64,000 bases of DNA from the human T2T-CHM13v2.0 reference genome, Homo sapiens. Shown here one piece after another: positions 13,801-28,671 of the stretch. The stretch lies in assembly GCF_009914755.1 (NCBI RefSeq), contig NC_060936.1. One strand, given 5' to 3'. The position numbers were made by a program, and so were the translations under genes. Each line of letters begins with the position of its first letter. Position 1 is the stretch's first letter. The notes below the pieces were generated by a model, which was not told the DNA's origin, made no database searches, and saw only the letters and a list, made by a program, of their open reading frames with translations.

Positions 13801-14599
13801 GGAGCAAGAGAGGGAGGAAAGAGACAGGGAGAGGAGATGGCATCACAGTGGGCCTTCTGAGGGAGTTTGTGGAGAGAGAGGTTGATGGGAAGGCGGGTGG
13901 GGGAGGGGGTGGGTTGAGAAGTGGAATGATGTGATCCACACTAGAAAACAGAGCTTAGGGGTTCAAAGGCAGAGAAGGGAGAGCAGTTCAGCAGGGAGCC
14001 CCGGAGCGCCGTGCACCCTCGTTTGGTGTCCACTCATTTATCCAACCTTCCTTTCAACCTCCACTTACTTGATTTCTGCTGTGTGCTCGACATTGCTGTG
14101 CATTTGTTATCTCATTTATCCACATGGTACTGACGGGAAGATATTACAGTCCCTACTTCACAGAGGCAAACTGAGGCTCAAAGAGGTTAAGGTGATCCAC
14201 CCAGGGTCACACAGCTAAAGTGACATCTTCAGGATTCGTGTGTGAGCCTCTTACACCCTGGCATAGCTGTCCTCACTGTAAGAGGAGTCCCCTGTGGTGT
14301 GGGAAGTGCTTCCCCCAGGCAAAGCCTAATCTGGGACAGAGACCATTGTTCAGGAACAGAAAGGCTGGTGGCATCGTGCCCATATGACAGTTGTTCACGT
14401 TGCTGCAGCTCTGAATTTGGCCCGTGGCCCACTCATCTCAGTGCCCAGCCTGGCAGGACTGGGCTTGATGACTGGCAGAGTACCACCCACATGCAGCCAC
14501 AAGATGAATGGTTTACAGGTCCCCATGGGACATCACATCCCTGCGTGGCCCATATGGTCAGGAGGGTTCACATAGTGGACAAAACATCCTTGTTCTCAG

Positions 14600-14885
14600 C
14601 TCTGCATGTGTGCGTGTATGCCTGCACATGTGTGCACGGGCAGGGTTGTATGTGAGAATATGTATGTGTGTATGTATGCATTTACAAATCCAGGAGTGTG
14701 CACACATGTGCAGGATGGTGTGTGCATAGGTTTGGGGCGTTTAGGACCTATGTGCATTGTTGTAAGAGCTCTGAATGAGTGCATGAAGGGAAGCCTGCAT
14801 GTATATGTGTGTCCACCAAGAGGTACGGGTGTATGTTTGTGTGTACATATCTTTGTGCACCCAGGCAGGTGTGTATGAGTATGTT
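14600..14885. repeat. Degenerate (TG)/(TATG)-rich low-complexity tract
   Basis: Interrupted gtgt/tatgt/gcat alternation. Confidence 0.8.
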
Positions 14886-17800
14886 GAGCCTTTGGGTTTA
14901 GCAGATTCACCAGAAGCAAACAGCTGTTTTTGTGGGCATGTGATTGAGGTACCTGAGCAGTCTATGCTAGAAGGTCAGTTGAAGCTCTGGAATTGGGGAT
15001 TGGCTGGGTAGGTTTTGATGTTTCTGTCAAACTTCAAGAGTCTGACTGTGCTATGAAGGGCAAGATCAAGGCTCTTCCACTCACAGCCCAGAGGCCACCT
15101 CCTCTGCAGATGCCTGGGGTCAGGGGGTACAGTGAGAATGGATGCCAGAAGCAGCGTGCAGCAAAAAAAGTCAGAGCTGTGGGTCCTCGGGAGGTCGTCA
15201 AACCTCCGTTAGCCTCAAATGGCATTAATAATAATAATGACATTAATTATCATTAGTATCATATTTTTCCATGGGATTACTCTTAGGATGTTCAGAAAGG
15301 TTTTTTAAATCAGAAACATGCATAAATGCAGTGTTGCTATTGGTCAGGACTTGCCTTCGCCATTCCTGGAGAAACACTGCGTGCCCACAGCTGACGAAAG
15401 GTGGGTTAGGAACGCTGTGGAGGCATGCTGCCCTGGCGCTGTGAGGCAGGACTTGGTGAGGAGCAGCCTCAGAGCCTGGCAGAGGCCCAATGGCTTTGAT
15501 CCGTCCTTTCAAGCTGGCTTTGCCTAGCTGCCAGGCACCCATCTGCCAGGTAATACAGAGATCTCTTGTGAGGGAAGCTGGCAGGATGCAGCCACGGGCC
15601 CAGCTCTGCAATTCATGCTGTGCTGCCACGCCTGGCACTGGGAGCCCTCTTGGCTCCCTGCAAAGTCTGCTGGAGTTCAAAGAACTAGGCCTCAAGCTGG
15701 GCAACTAAATGGCTCTGGCATTTCTGACAGTGCCACCCTGCTGGGCAGGAAGAGAGACAGTGGCATGGAGCTCGAGGACTGACAGCAAGCTCTCACTGTT
15801 CTGGGGCTGGGCTGAGTGGCGGGGTGAGCATGGCCGAAAAGGAAGCTAGGGCCTCCTGGCATGCTCAAGTTACAGCCTGGGTTTCCTGTTCTGAGTTAAG
15901 CTCCCCCAAGACTGCCAGGTAGATGCCAAGGCTGTGATACTGAGCAAATATCTTAGACTCTCTGAGCCTCCTCATCTGTAAAATGAGGATTAGTTATAGA
16001 GATGTTGTACTGCCTTGAGCGTGTGTTGATACTGATGAGTAGGTCTGTGTCTCTAGCATGTGTTGTGCCTTTGTTTCCAGGCATGTGCATGTTTCATATA
16101 TGTGCACACTTAATCCCCCATTTCTCTCCAGCACCCTTAGGAATCGGGATTTATTCACACATTCAGTCAACAAACCATTTCTGCTCTAAGCCATGTGCCA
16201 GGCTATGTTCTGTACTGGATGTAGAGATGAATTGGTCACAGGCATGGCTCTGGAAAACTCATTCTAGTATAGGGAGATATGACATGTATATAAACATCAG
16301 TGATACAGAGTGGAAAAAATAGATGTTGCATTCCACTAGTGTCTCAGGGAAGCTGCTGAAGGAGCTCAGAGGTGGGCGCTTCCGGCCTAGGTGGGGCAGA
16401 GGCCAGCAGGGTTGGGGGTGAGCACAAAACAAACAAGGGAAGGCTTTGTGGGAGGAATGTCTTTGGCACTGGACTCTGAAGGCTGGGCAGATTCTGGATG
16501 TCTAGATTTCTGAGAAGCCTGGGATCACTGGCTGAGATGGCCATCACCTTTAGCCTATTTCCTAATTGTAACATGGTGGTATGGGTACAGGCTTTGCTGT
16601 CCCCATAATACTGTGAGGCTTTGGAGTGTGCGGTAATCGGGTCTGGGACAGTGAGGGCTTACTCATTGGACCAGGCTCAGATCTAAGCATTTTAGATCTG
16701 TTAGCTCATTTGCTCATCACAATAAGCCTTCGAGATAGATGCTGTCCATATCCTATTTTATGAGTAAGGAAACTGAGGCTCAGTCAGGCAAAGATATTAA
16801 CAGGAAAATAGCAAAGACGGACTTTGAACTCCAGACAGCTCCTGCCTACCCCATATCAGCGCACGGCCTAGTACAAGCATTTTTGTGTGTGTGTGCCTGC
16901 TCTGTGCTAGGTATTGTACTAAGCACAACACAGGTATCTTGTTTGACCTTCACAACAACCTGATGAGGTCATTTCTTGTATGACCTCCCTTTTACAGTTC
17001 AGGAGACCGAGGCTGAAGAAGATCAGATAATCTGCCTGTGATTCCACACCCATCTTTTGGAAGGGCAAGGATGCTATGCAGGTCTTCCCAGATCCTTAGA
17101 TCTGGGAAGGCCTACAGCTCTCCGTGAAATTGTGCTCTCTCCTGTGGTTCTAGAAAGGGCCTCCATGAAATTCCTTCCCCAAAGTGTTCTGTGGCTCCCT
17201 CTCAGCTATATGCAGGTGCACTCCTAGGACCAGAGGCAAATAACCAACAACATGCTGTGAGAGCTACCTCAAAACTCAAAATAACAAAACAGATCTCTGT
17301 TTTGCTCAGAAATCTGTAGTTTTGGCAGAGCTTATTGGGGACAGCTTTTTTCTGTTCTGCATCATATCTGCTAGAGGGGCTTGGAGGATGGAGGTTCATT
17401 ATCAGGATGGTCATCAAGCGGCTGTCAAGCTGGGGATGGCTGTTTGTTCCTTTCCATGCACGCCTCTCCATGGAGTCATTTGGGCTTCCTCCCAGCATGA
17501 AGGCTGATTTCCTCTCATCACCATGCAAAAAAAGTACTAGGAAAACCAGGGCAGAACACTTCTCTGAAAGTCATGGGAGGGGAGTGTTTCAAATAGGGAG
17601 ATTTCGGCCAACGTATGCTACAGAAAAGTGAAGTCAGACACTGAGAAGTTCTTAGATTTGGCAACTAAGAGATCACTAGGGACCTCCCTAGATTAAATTC
17701 TGCTAGGCCTCTGGGGGAAGAACCCAGATGACAGCAAGTTGGCAAGAGATCAAGGTGAAAGGAAGCTCACACAAGCAGACAACTCTTTTTGGAAGACTGA

Positions 17801-19629
17801 CTGCAGAAGGAAAGAGTTGTAACCAGGGGAGCAGAGTTGTAGGGAATAATCATGGTTTTAGGATGAGAGATTTGAGCATGTTTATATGCTGAAGAAAAAG
17901 GGCCTATGAAAATAATGACACTGAAGACCAGTGGGGGAGGAAAGGGGGTAAAGAGCGATAGGGCTTGGAGGGAAGGCAAACAGCTCTTCCTTGAGATCAA
18001 AGGTATCAGAAGTAGGACACATTCATAACAGCTACCATGTATTAGCCGTGTTCTGTTGTAAGGGCTTTCAAAGTGTTTTAACTCATTTCATCCTTATACA
18101 GTCCTTTAAAAAAGTTCTGTTGTATACGTGCGGTTAGGTAGGATTCCTCAGGAAGGATTCCCGCAGGCTTCACCGAAAGGAGGACTATGGCGGGCCCTTG
18201 CAGGGAGGGGCACGCAGCACCTCTCTAAGGCCAGCATGACTGGACACGGCAGAGCTGGCTTCCCGAAGCAGCAGGAGGGCTTCGGGTTAGAAGCATGTTT
18301 TCTCAGCTGTTTCTTAAAAAAGGAAACTTATTTTTTTCAAAATTAAACCTAACAGATATTCCTAAGACATAAAACTAACCAAATCAGAGCTTCATTAGTT
18401 GAATGGAAGGTTCTGTGCTCTGCCTTCTCCATTCTCCTCTTAACCTTAATAAGGTCCCTGCAGCAGCTGGTGGGGCACTGGGCCTCTTCGGAGTACAACA
18501 GAAAAAACACTGAGTTACTGCAAGACCAAACTCATACTCTTTTATGAACATCTGAAAAACGTACAGTGTGTTTTTAGGAAAAACCTCACTGAATAATAAA
18601 GGGGCAGGTCACTGTTTTCCTAGGACTCTGTTATCCTTCTTTTCCTTGATGGCAGAGGCATGGACTAGAAGAACGTCAAAGCTCCCCCAAAGAAAAGTGA
18701 GCAGAGAATCAAAGAGAAGCAAGTCCTGGAGAGCAGGGGGTCCCTGTGGAGATTCCATCCTCTGGCAGGCTTGGGGCAGAACACTGAACCTGGTTGGCCA
18801 ACCTGGGTCTGGATACCAACAGGCCAATGTTTTCTACAGCCTTTTGCCCCGGCTTCTGGAACAGCTGTAATTGCTTGCCTTATTAAGATCTTCCCAAAGC
18901 TCTCTGTGGAAGACTGTACAGTGGTAGATTGCACCAGTGAGCAAAGGAAATCTACCTCTCCCTCCACAGCCCCCAGGCCTGCAGAAGAAAATAGGGACCA
19001 GAAAGAAGGAAGTCAAGATGGCATCCTGGTAGGGCTCTGTTTGAAAGAGAATTGTGGTTGCTGAGTTTCTCAGTAGCAGAGACTAATAATATCAGTAATA
19101 TTCATTATAAGGTTTTGCATTTGTGCAGGGTTTATTATGTTTCTCTCAAGGTAGTTTCATATTCAAGTCTTGCTTGAATATGAATCCCCCACAGTTCAGT
19201 AAAATAAATAAGGCAGGTGTAGGAGCCTTGTTTACCATGACCTGACCCTCCCAAAGGTGAGCATAGAGTAGGGGCTGGGTCTGCATCTCCAGCCCAGAGC
19301 TGTTTCTATCAAACCTTCTAGGGACTCTCAGTCCTTAGGCCCAGGCCCCAAATTTCCCCCATTCAGCCATCCCCACCCCCAATTTTCTCATTGTCCCAGT
19401 TTCTGGCCCCCTGGACTCCTTTGGCTCAGTGATGAACCATCTAGTCTCTGAAAATACAATCTAGCAGTTGAAAGGAAAGAAAAATATAATGTCTTTTTCT
19501 ACTGCTTGGAAGGGGGTTAATCATTAGGTGATCTGGGGGCAATGGGTGGAGGGAAATTAGAAAGGAAATTATTCTAAAGCCTCTTGATAAAATAGCAAGA
19601 AATGAGAAGGAAGAGGAAAAGATTTTGGT

Positions 19630-20990
19630 CTTTTTTCTTTTTAAAAATCAGTTGGATTAAGCTAAAATTAGATACAATAAAATTCAGCCGTTTTACATGT
19701 ATAACTTGATGAGTTTTGAAACATTACACTTGTGTAACAACTATCTCAGTCAAGATACAAACATTTTCATCAGCCAAGTGACCCTTTGTTCCCTCTTACA
19801 GTTCATCCCTTCCTTCCTGCATTGCTGAAACTTACCTCTTTCTGTCAATATAGTTGTGTCTTTTCTAGAATATTATATAAGTGGAATCATACAATATGGA
19901 GTCTTTTGTGGACACCTTCCTTTATTTAATACAACGTTTATGAAATTCATCCATGTTGGCTGATGTATCAGTAAGCATGTTCCTTTTTATTGCTGAATAG
20001 TATTACATTGAATGGACATACCACAATTTATCCATTTGCCAGTTAGTGGACATTTACATTGTTTCTGGGTGGTTTTTTACATACATGAATAGTTTCGTAT
20101 CAGTATAACTTTTTGTTTATCTTGGGTAAATACCTAGGAATGCAATTGGAAGGGTATATGATAAATGTATGTTTAACTTTAGAAGAAACTGCAAGACTGT
20201 TTTCCAAAGTGTGGCACTATTTTGCATTCCTTTCAGAGGTGTATGAGAGTTCCAGGTGCTCCGCACCCTTGTCAACACTCGGTTTTGTCAGACACAGATT
20301 TTATTCATTCTAGTGGGTGTGTAATAGTATCTGCTTGTGGTTTTAATTGGCAATTCCCTAATGACTAGTGATGTTGAAGATCTTGTCGTGTGCTTGTTTG
20401 TCCTTAGTATATTTCCTTTGGAGAAGTGTCTGTTCAAATCTCTTGTACATTTTCCTATCAGGTTGTTTGTCTTTTTATTATTGAGTTGTAGCAGTTCTTC
20501 AAAGAGAAAAATTGATGTACCTTTTTCTTTTCAATGAAGGCTAACTTAGCAATTTTTTTGTTTCGCGGCTTGTGCTTTCTGGTCCTATCTATGAAATCTT
20601 TGCATATCCTAAAGCCACATATTATCTTCTATATTTTCTTTGAGATGTGTTATGGTTTTATCTGTTATTTTAAGTCTATGATCTATTTTTTAAATTTTTA
20701 TGTATGGCATAAGGCATGGATTGAAGTCTATTTTTTTGCATCTGGATATCCAGTTGTTTCAGCACTATCTGTTAAAAAGTTTATCATTCCTTTTTGAATG
20801 ACCTTGGTACTTTTACCAAGGGTCAATTTATGATATATGTATGGATCTATTTCTGGCTTCTCTTTTTGTTCAATCTGTGTGTCTATTCTTATGCCACCAC
20901 TGCACCATCTTAATTATGGTAGCTTCATTTTCAGTCTTGAAACCATCCAGTGAAGTCCTACAACTTGTTCTTGTTTTTCAAAGTTGTTTT
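19630..20990 (-). mobile_element. L1MB-like LINE 3' portion, antisense
   Basis: Antisense L1M 3'UTR and ORF2 end (gtggaatcatacaatatg, gggtaaatacctagga, ttggagaagtgtctgttcaaatc). Confidence 0.85.
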
Positions 20991-21530
20991 GGCTATCCCC
21001 TCCTCCTCCTCACCCCAGGAATCAGAGGTTTCTGAAAAAATAAGGGTTTCTTTTCTTCCTATTTATTAAGTTTAAATAGAAAAGGCTCTTTGGAGGAGGT
21101 GAGAAAATTAAGAGAAAGTGGAAAAAAATCCAGTCTGCAGGCTCCACCAGCAGTAGTGATGGTGGTACCAAGATGGGTGGGGATGGGGCAGGTGACCAGA
21201 AGCAATTTTATGATTTCTCCCTTCTCCTGGAGCTCAAGGCAGCTCCTTTAGAGAGGTTCCCTGGCTGTTTCCTTCTGAAGGCTGGGGATTCAGTCTGCTA
21301 TCCTCAGCTTGGTGAAGGGAGGGGGATCCTCCTTCAGAGTTGCCCCCTGGGACTTCCGGCTTGGCCTCCTTTATTCTCCTGCTGGGAGCACCTCCCTCCC
21401 GCTCAAGCCCTCTCCTGCTTCTCCCACTGTGGTACTGCACTCTTCATCAGTTCTTCTAAACCACTCAACTATTTTTATGGCCATGCAGTGGAACCCTGAG
21501 TCTGACACTAAATATAGATGTGGGAAGTTA

Positions 21531-22005
<475 letters not shown>

Positions 22006-23875
22006 AGAAGCAGGGTTCTTTCCTGACTGACCCCCAGCTTCCCCTCTTCCTTCAGGTCTGCGCTGCCTCCAGTGCAGACCATTGACTCCCATCTCGCTTG
22101 GGAGATGCCTTGGAATTCCCAGAGCCAGCTGCTCCTTGATGGCCAAGGAACACAGCCTCCTACCCTGGTCCAGTCTCATTCTGAGTGCGGCAAGCTCCTG
22201 CCCAGCCCAGCCTCACAGCACGACTAGGGATCCCCAACACATAAAAACCTCATACTGGGCCCACAGACTACCTCATATTTAGGTTTTACCACATCCATCC
22301 AACAGTCCAGCTGCCCCATCAGAACTCATCAATATGGGGGATTTGGGACTGCTGAAGCCACAGGGGACTGAATTCTGCTTCAAGCCATTGGCCCTGGAAG
22401 AAGTCTTTGGCTGGGATTCTGTAAGCTTCCCTCAAGGAACATGGCCCAGTCTCAGTTCTTGGCTTTTGGAAGAGAAAAAGCCAGAGACCGAGAATGACGA
22501 TGTTCCTTTTTCATAGAGGTCCTTCCATTGCCAGTTTCCTTCGGCCCCTCCAGCCGCAGAACTCGCAGGGCCACAGCCTTGGGCTGTGGTTCCCATGACT
22601 ACAATGTGAATGGTACCCCCAGACTTGTGTGTCACAGGGGCTCTGAGAATGCCCCTCCCAGGCTCGTGCTGTGAGGTAGATTGGGGGCTGTATGGTTCCA
22701 AAGGCCTAAGGCACTTGAGTGGTTCCCCTGCTGCCCCCACCCCAAGTGTGGTGATTGCACTCGGGCCTACGGGGACCTCTCTCCTTTCTTTACTTCTCCA
22801 GCAGCGATGGGGAGCAGCCGAGATCCGGGTCCCGGGCCCCCTCCCTAAAGGCCCCGCATCTCAGGATTTGCTCGACCTGCTGGGACCCTGTCTCACTCTG
22901 CTCTAGGCCTCAGTTTCCACCACAATGAAATAGGGATGCAGAGATGCTGCATGCCACCATCTGCCCTGGTGTGACGATTCAGGTACAGAGAGCTGAGCGT
23001 GTTGAGTGTGCAGCCCCTGGGAAGCAGGTTCTGAGAACAGCTGGTTCTTGCTGTATTGAGGAGACATTTTCTGCCCCTTGGTGCTCACAAAATGCAGCAC
23101 TGGTTGATTTCAAGAATGCAAGAAGCATCATCTGAGGAAGAAATACTTCCTTTCTTTCTGTCATTTTCACAGATGAAATAAAAGGGCTGGGTCAGGAAGG
23201 TGAATGAATAAAAGGTACTTTTGTGTGGCCTTTGCCTTTATAATGTGCCTTGCCATTCGCTGTTGTATTTGCCCTCCTAAAAGCCCTGCAAGGTGCAGGA
23301 GCTACTATTATCCTAGCTTTACTGGCAAGAAAACTGAGGCTTTGAGAGATAAGGACTTAAATGAATGCACACAGGGATTGTGATCCACTTGTGGAGAACT
23401 GGTGCACCTGGCATGGACCCCCCCAAAGCTTCACTGGGGTTTGAGGGTGGTGGCAGGACCTCAAGCCAGCCCTCCTGAGGTAAGAAAGCCTTACTCTGGG
23501 GTCTGTGGACAGAAGCAGGTTGTGCCCATGGTCCCCTGCCTCCCAGGTGGACAGATTCTGATGGGACATCCTGGCAACAACCTCAGGTTGGTGCCACCAA
23601 GAGATCCCGTCCCTTCCTGTCCCCTGCTCACCTTGCCAGCCCCTGGTGTCCAGTGTCCATCTGCTATGGTGGCAGTGTTCCAGGGAGGGTGGGAAGAGAG
23701 CAAGGCAGAGACAGAGGGGAAGGCTGTGGCCTGAAGACTAAGGATTCAGGAAGAAGCTTGGAGGCAGCGTCAGAGGATGACCTAGGCAATGATCCCTCTG
23801 CCCACGGTCTCAGTATGGCTCCTTTCCAGCTACAACCAAACAGGAACTTGGGCCTTTCTTGATGTGAATGTTCTC

Positions 23876-24290
23876 TGCTATGTTTTGAATGTTTGTCCCC
23901 TCCAAACCTCATGTGGAAATTCAGTCCCAGAGTTGGAGGTGGGGCCTAACTCGAGGTATCTGGGTTATGGGAGTGGCTTCCTCACGAATAGATTAACACC
24001 CTCTCTGGGGAGTTGGGGGTGAGTGACTTCTCACTCTGTTAGTTCCCCTGAGAGCTGGCACCTCCCTCCCCTCTCTCTTTTGCTTCTTCTCTTGCTCTGT
24101 CATCTCTGCACACACTGGCTGCCCTTCCCCTTCCACTATGAATGGAAGCAGCCTGAGGCCTCACCAGAAGCAGATGCTGCAGCCATGCCTCTTGTTCATC
24201 CTGCAGAACCGTGAGCCAAATAAACCTCTTTTCTTTGTAAGTTACTCAGCCTCAGATATTCTTTTATAGCAACACAGACAGATTAAAGCA
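23876..24290 (+). mobile_element. MST-family (MSTB-like, ERVL-MaLR) solo LTR
   Basis: TG...CA termini (tgctatgttttgaatgtttgtcccctccaaa ... ttatagcaacacagacagattaaagca), AATAAA near 24219, perfect 5-bp TSD TTCTC (23871-75 / 24291-95). Confidence 0.92.
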
Positions 24291-25479
24291 TTCTCCTAGC
24301 TGGTGGACTCCCTGAGGCAGGGACTGCAGTGATGCTTCTTTGCATACTCAAGCATTGAGTGCCATCACTATACCAGGCACTGATGTAGGCACTAGGGACT
24401 CCCTGCCTGGTCTTGGTAAATGAACACATGAATGCCCGCTTGCCAAAAACCCTTTGAAGAAGAGTTGTGGGCATGATCCTTGACAGGAGCCTGCCTGGGG
24501 TTTAGGCTCTGCTACTAACTAGCTGTGTGACCTTAGGAAACTTAAGCTAAGACATGCCCAGGTCAGGAAACTTAGACCATGACCTTGGGCAGGGTGGGTG
24601 GCCAGGCTGGTCAAAGGCAGGCAAGGCAGGACTTACAATTCAGCATGAGCTAAACCCTGAAAGAAGACAAGAAGCGTTCTGGCCTAGGCTGAGGAGACCC
24701 AAGGAGCAGGAGGTGGATGGAGGAGCGCAGAGGCAGAACTGGAAGACAAGCTCCCCTCTTGGCTGAACTGTCCCCCAGTGGCAGCAGAAGCCCCAACAGC
24801 ACTGCCGGCCCAAGCCCAAGGTGCTGCAGGTCTTGGGGGCATTCAGTTACCCATCACATGTGTCACTGCAGCTGAGTCTGGGGACCTGGGAGGACCAGCA
24901 GGTGCCTGCCCTCAGTGTCTGGACAGACGAGTGGCTCCTAACCTTGGGAGGAAGCCTCTGGGAAACAGGGGCAGGATCAGAACAGAGTCCCCCCAGGCAC
25001 CACTGTGCCAGCCTATGACCATGTAGGTGAACTTTCCTTCCTGAAATGCCAGCGCTGTGGGTAGTGAACAAGCAATGCTTCTTTGCGTATGCTCTTGATG
25101 GCTTTTGTCAGGAATTCCAAACCTGTCCTGGGACCCCGGAGCAGCTGGAGGCCTGGAACTGGGGGTGTAGGCTCTCCACTGTCCTGCACACCTAGGTCCA
25201 CCTACCCTGCATTGTCTGGGCTCTTGCCTTCTTGCTCCTGCTCCATCTCCTCATTCCATTTTCCCCTTTTCTTCAGGCCAGGAAGCCTTGGGTGCCATCA
25301 AAAGATGTTTAGGTTTCAGACAGTTCTCTAAAGTCTTTGATTTGCCCCGGGAATGAACCTCGGGCTGGAAGACTGACCTGGAATTTTGGCCGGGGAACCA
25401 CTGTAGGTAAATGACTTCTCCACTCAGCCTCAGTTTTCTCATTTGTAAAATGAGGGCTCAGATTTAATTATTTTCTTTA

Positions 25480-27720
25480 TTGCCCTTTAAAAAATTCATG
25501 TTTGTTGCATCAATTATTAGTCTATGACCTATAGATTATATATAATCTGTAACAAAAAATGTATTAATGAACAAAAGTCCAAGATAAACATTGCCCATGA
25601 TCTAGTCTGTGAAATGGCATCAATATTTGTGTTGGTTTCTGACATCTTCCAGCTCTTATCTAGGTTCATATTCAGTTTTAATGGATTTACGGTAATATCA
25701 CACATGGGAATTTATATTTAACATTGTCAGTCAACATTTTACCCTAAGCATTGCTTTTCCTTCTCTTTTTCCTACCTCCATGTTTTTTCCCTGCTCTCAT
25801 CTGCTGAGGTAGCCAATGTTAATACTTGGGTTTGCATTCATATATAAATAGAGTACACATGCAAAGAATTTGCATTTGGTGAGAGGAGTCATTTTTTGTT
25901 TTATAAAACTGGGATCACTCTTTATATATTTCTCTGCAACTTGCTTTTCTCATTTAACAATATGTTGTGGAAATCCATCCAGACTGAGAGATAGACTGCT
26001 AACTAGTTCTTTTTGAATAGGTAGGCGTAATTCCATGGTATGGTTGAAGGTATTACAGTTTATTCAATCATTTCCTGATTGATGAGGACTTGGGCTGTTT
26101 GCATTTCCCCCCTCCACCACCACACTAAAAACAATTCTTCTGTTGAAGAAAAGAGTCAAACTCTGTAAAATATTTGAAGAGATTTATTCTGAGCCAAATA
26201 GGAGTGACCATGGCCTGAGGCACAGTCTTAAGAGGTCCTAAGAACACGCACCCAAGGTGGTTGGGCTGCAGCTTTGTTTTATACGTTTTAGGGGGACATG
26301 AGACATCAGTGACTTATGTAAGTAAGAAAGTGAGACTGAACCAAGGTGCACATTGGTTCAATCTGGAAGGGTGGGACAATTTGAAATATGGCGGTCACAG
26401 GTGGATTCAAAGATTTTCTGATTGACAATTGGTTGAAGAGTCATTATTATCAAAAGACGTGGAATCAGTAGAAGGGAGTGTCTGGGTTAAAATGAGACGG
26501 TGTAAAGACCAAGGTTCTTATTATGCAGATGAAGCCTCCAGGTACAGGCTTCAGAGAGAATAGATTATAAGTTTTTCTTATCAGACTTAAAAAGGTGCGA
26601 GACTCTTAACTGATTTTCTCCTGGATCAGGGAAAAGACCTGGAATAGGAAGAGGATTCTCTACAGAATGTAGATTTTCCCCACAAGAGACAGCTTTCCAG
26701 GGCCATTTCTGAAACATATTTGCAGGGCCAATATATATAAAAGAAATGTATTTTGCTGTAAAATAGTTCAGTTTCTTTCAGGGCCTGCTACCTGTCATGT
26801 GATGCTATACTAGAGTCAGGTTGGAATTTGCTACAAATTTGTCTTATTGCTACAAAGAGTCTGTTTTTTCAGTCTTAAGAGCTCTGTTAAGACTGTTTTA
26901 ATGTTTTTTGTTAAATATTAATGCTGGTCAGCTGTGCCTGAATTCCTAAGGGAGGAGGGATATGGAGGCATGTCCTACCCCTACTTCCCATCATGGCCTG
27001 AACTAGGTTTCTTTGGAATGCCCTTGGCTGAGAAGGAGGTCCATTCAGTCAACTGGGGGGCTTAGAATTTTATCTTTCATTTACATTTCCATAAACGCTT
27101 CATAATTCACATCTACACAGATAATGGGTCAGGGCAGCCCTCTCTCCACAGCCTCACCAGCACTCATAGTTAGCAGTCTTTTTAATGGGTACCAACCAGT
27201 CTGATGGATGAGAAATGGCATCTCAGCGTGACTTTAATTGGCATTTTCCTATTTACTAGTAAGCATCTTTCCATTGGCTATGAATTTGTTCTTAATTTGA
27301 GTTTGTGAGGCAGAATAGCACAGATGTGAAGCGTATTTGTTGGCTCTTTAGGGTTCTCGTTCTGTCAACTGCTATTCCTATGCTTTGGCTGTTTTTTCTG
27401 CTGGGTTTGTCTTTGCACCATGAATGTGCTGGAGCTCAGTGCAGAGTATTAACTTGCCTTCTGTCATACATTTTGCACATATACTTTCCTAGTCTATCAT
27501 GTGTCTTTTGACTTATTAGGGTATTTGTTTTCATACAGATTTTTTTCTTCACTTTATGTAGTCAGACATGTTTATCTTTTTTTAATGGCTTTTCAGTTCT
27601 CCATTTTGTTTTTAAAATCTCCTCAACACATAAGCTATATTCCTAAGCTTCCTTCGATTTTTTCCTTTTAATTTCTCTCATTTAAACATATAACCTTTCT
27701 GGAATTTACTTTTTGTCAAA
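25480..27720 (-). mobile_element. Old L1M fragment split by the MER4 LTR
   Basis: Antisense L1M words on both sides of the LTR (ctgcaacttgcttttctcatttaacaat; gagaaatggcatctc...taattggcattttcc). Confidence 0.65.
26141..27085 (-). mobile_element. MER4-group (MER4D/E-like, ERV1) solo LTR, antisense
   Basis: Minus strand starts TGTAAATGAAAGATAAAATTCTAAGCCCCCC...GGGCATTCCAAAG and ends ...TCTTTTCTTCAACA; 4-bp TSD cttc/tttc. Confidence 0.88.
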
Positions 27721-27734
27721 TTAAGGTTGGCTCA

Positions 27735-28015
27735 GACAGGTGTGATGGCTCATGCCTGTAATCCCAGTGCTTTAGGAGGCCAAGACGGGAGGATTGCCTG
27801 AGGCCAGGAGTTCGAGACCAGGCTGGGCAACATAGTGAGACCTCTATCTCTATGAAATTTTTTTAAATTAGCTGAGCCTGGTGGCACATGCCTGTAGCTG
27901 AGACAGGAGGATTGCTTGAGCCCAGAAGGCCAAGGTTACAGTGAGCTATGATCACACCACTGCACTCCAGCCTGGGCAACACAGCAAAGCCCTGTCTCTA
28001 AAAAAACAAACAAAA
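27735..28015 (+). mobile_element. AluJ
   Basis: gggaggattgcctgaggccaggagttcgagacc and gagctatgatcacacc; A-rich tail. Confidence 0.88.
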
Positions 28016-28489
28016 GTTAAGATACGCTACAGTGTTCTTTCTTCCATGCAGATAGCCAAATTCAGCACTTCCTGTCTACACTCTCAGACCCTGTGGGCCC
28101 CCAACACGTGCCTGGGAGGTGGCTACCAAATTCGGGGCTAGGAGGTCTGGGGAAGTGGTACAGATGCCCCTTCCCCCAGCCATGGAGATATTCTACTTTT
28201 GTTGTTTTACAAAATAGGCTTCCAGTAAAGATTTGGTTTGGACAAAGTGTTCTGAAGCTGAAGGAATTTTGAAAATCCCTTTCAGATGATCTCTGGGGGC
28301 CCTTCCAGGTTTGACATTCTCTGACTCAGTAATGCCTAGGACGGCAACTGCTTATTAAGGAAGAGAAGGCAATGGGTCGGTGTATCTTTATCCAAAAGTA
28401 ATTTCAATATTGAATCCCAGGTTGGCTCAAAGCGGATATTGGAATCACAGCATTTTAGAGGTGGAAGGGACCTAGGAAATCCTCTAGTC

Positions 28490-28671
28490 TAGTGCCTCTC
28501 AATCCTGGCTGCCTTTAGAATCACCTGGGAGTTTATTAAAAAGTCCCGGTGCCCTGGACTGATGCCAGACCACATAAATCAGAGTCCTGGGGGGAAGGGA
28601 AGGGTCTAGGCATGAGTCGTTTTAAAAATTTCCTCATGATTCTAATATGCAGCTAGGGCTGAGAACCACTT
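28490..28671 (+). mobile_element. MER5B (hAT-Charlie MITE) within a MIR
   Basis: ctcaatcctggctgcctttagaatcacctggg...gattctaatatgcagctagggctgagaaccact with inverted termini. Confidence 0.8.

Noticed and set aside
18262-18286. Hairpin cccgaagc-N9-gcttcggg as an ncRNA
   Set aside because: An 8-bp stem is expected by chance in 64 kb; no miRNA, snoRNA or tRNA features.
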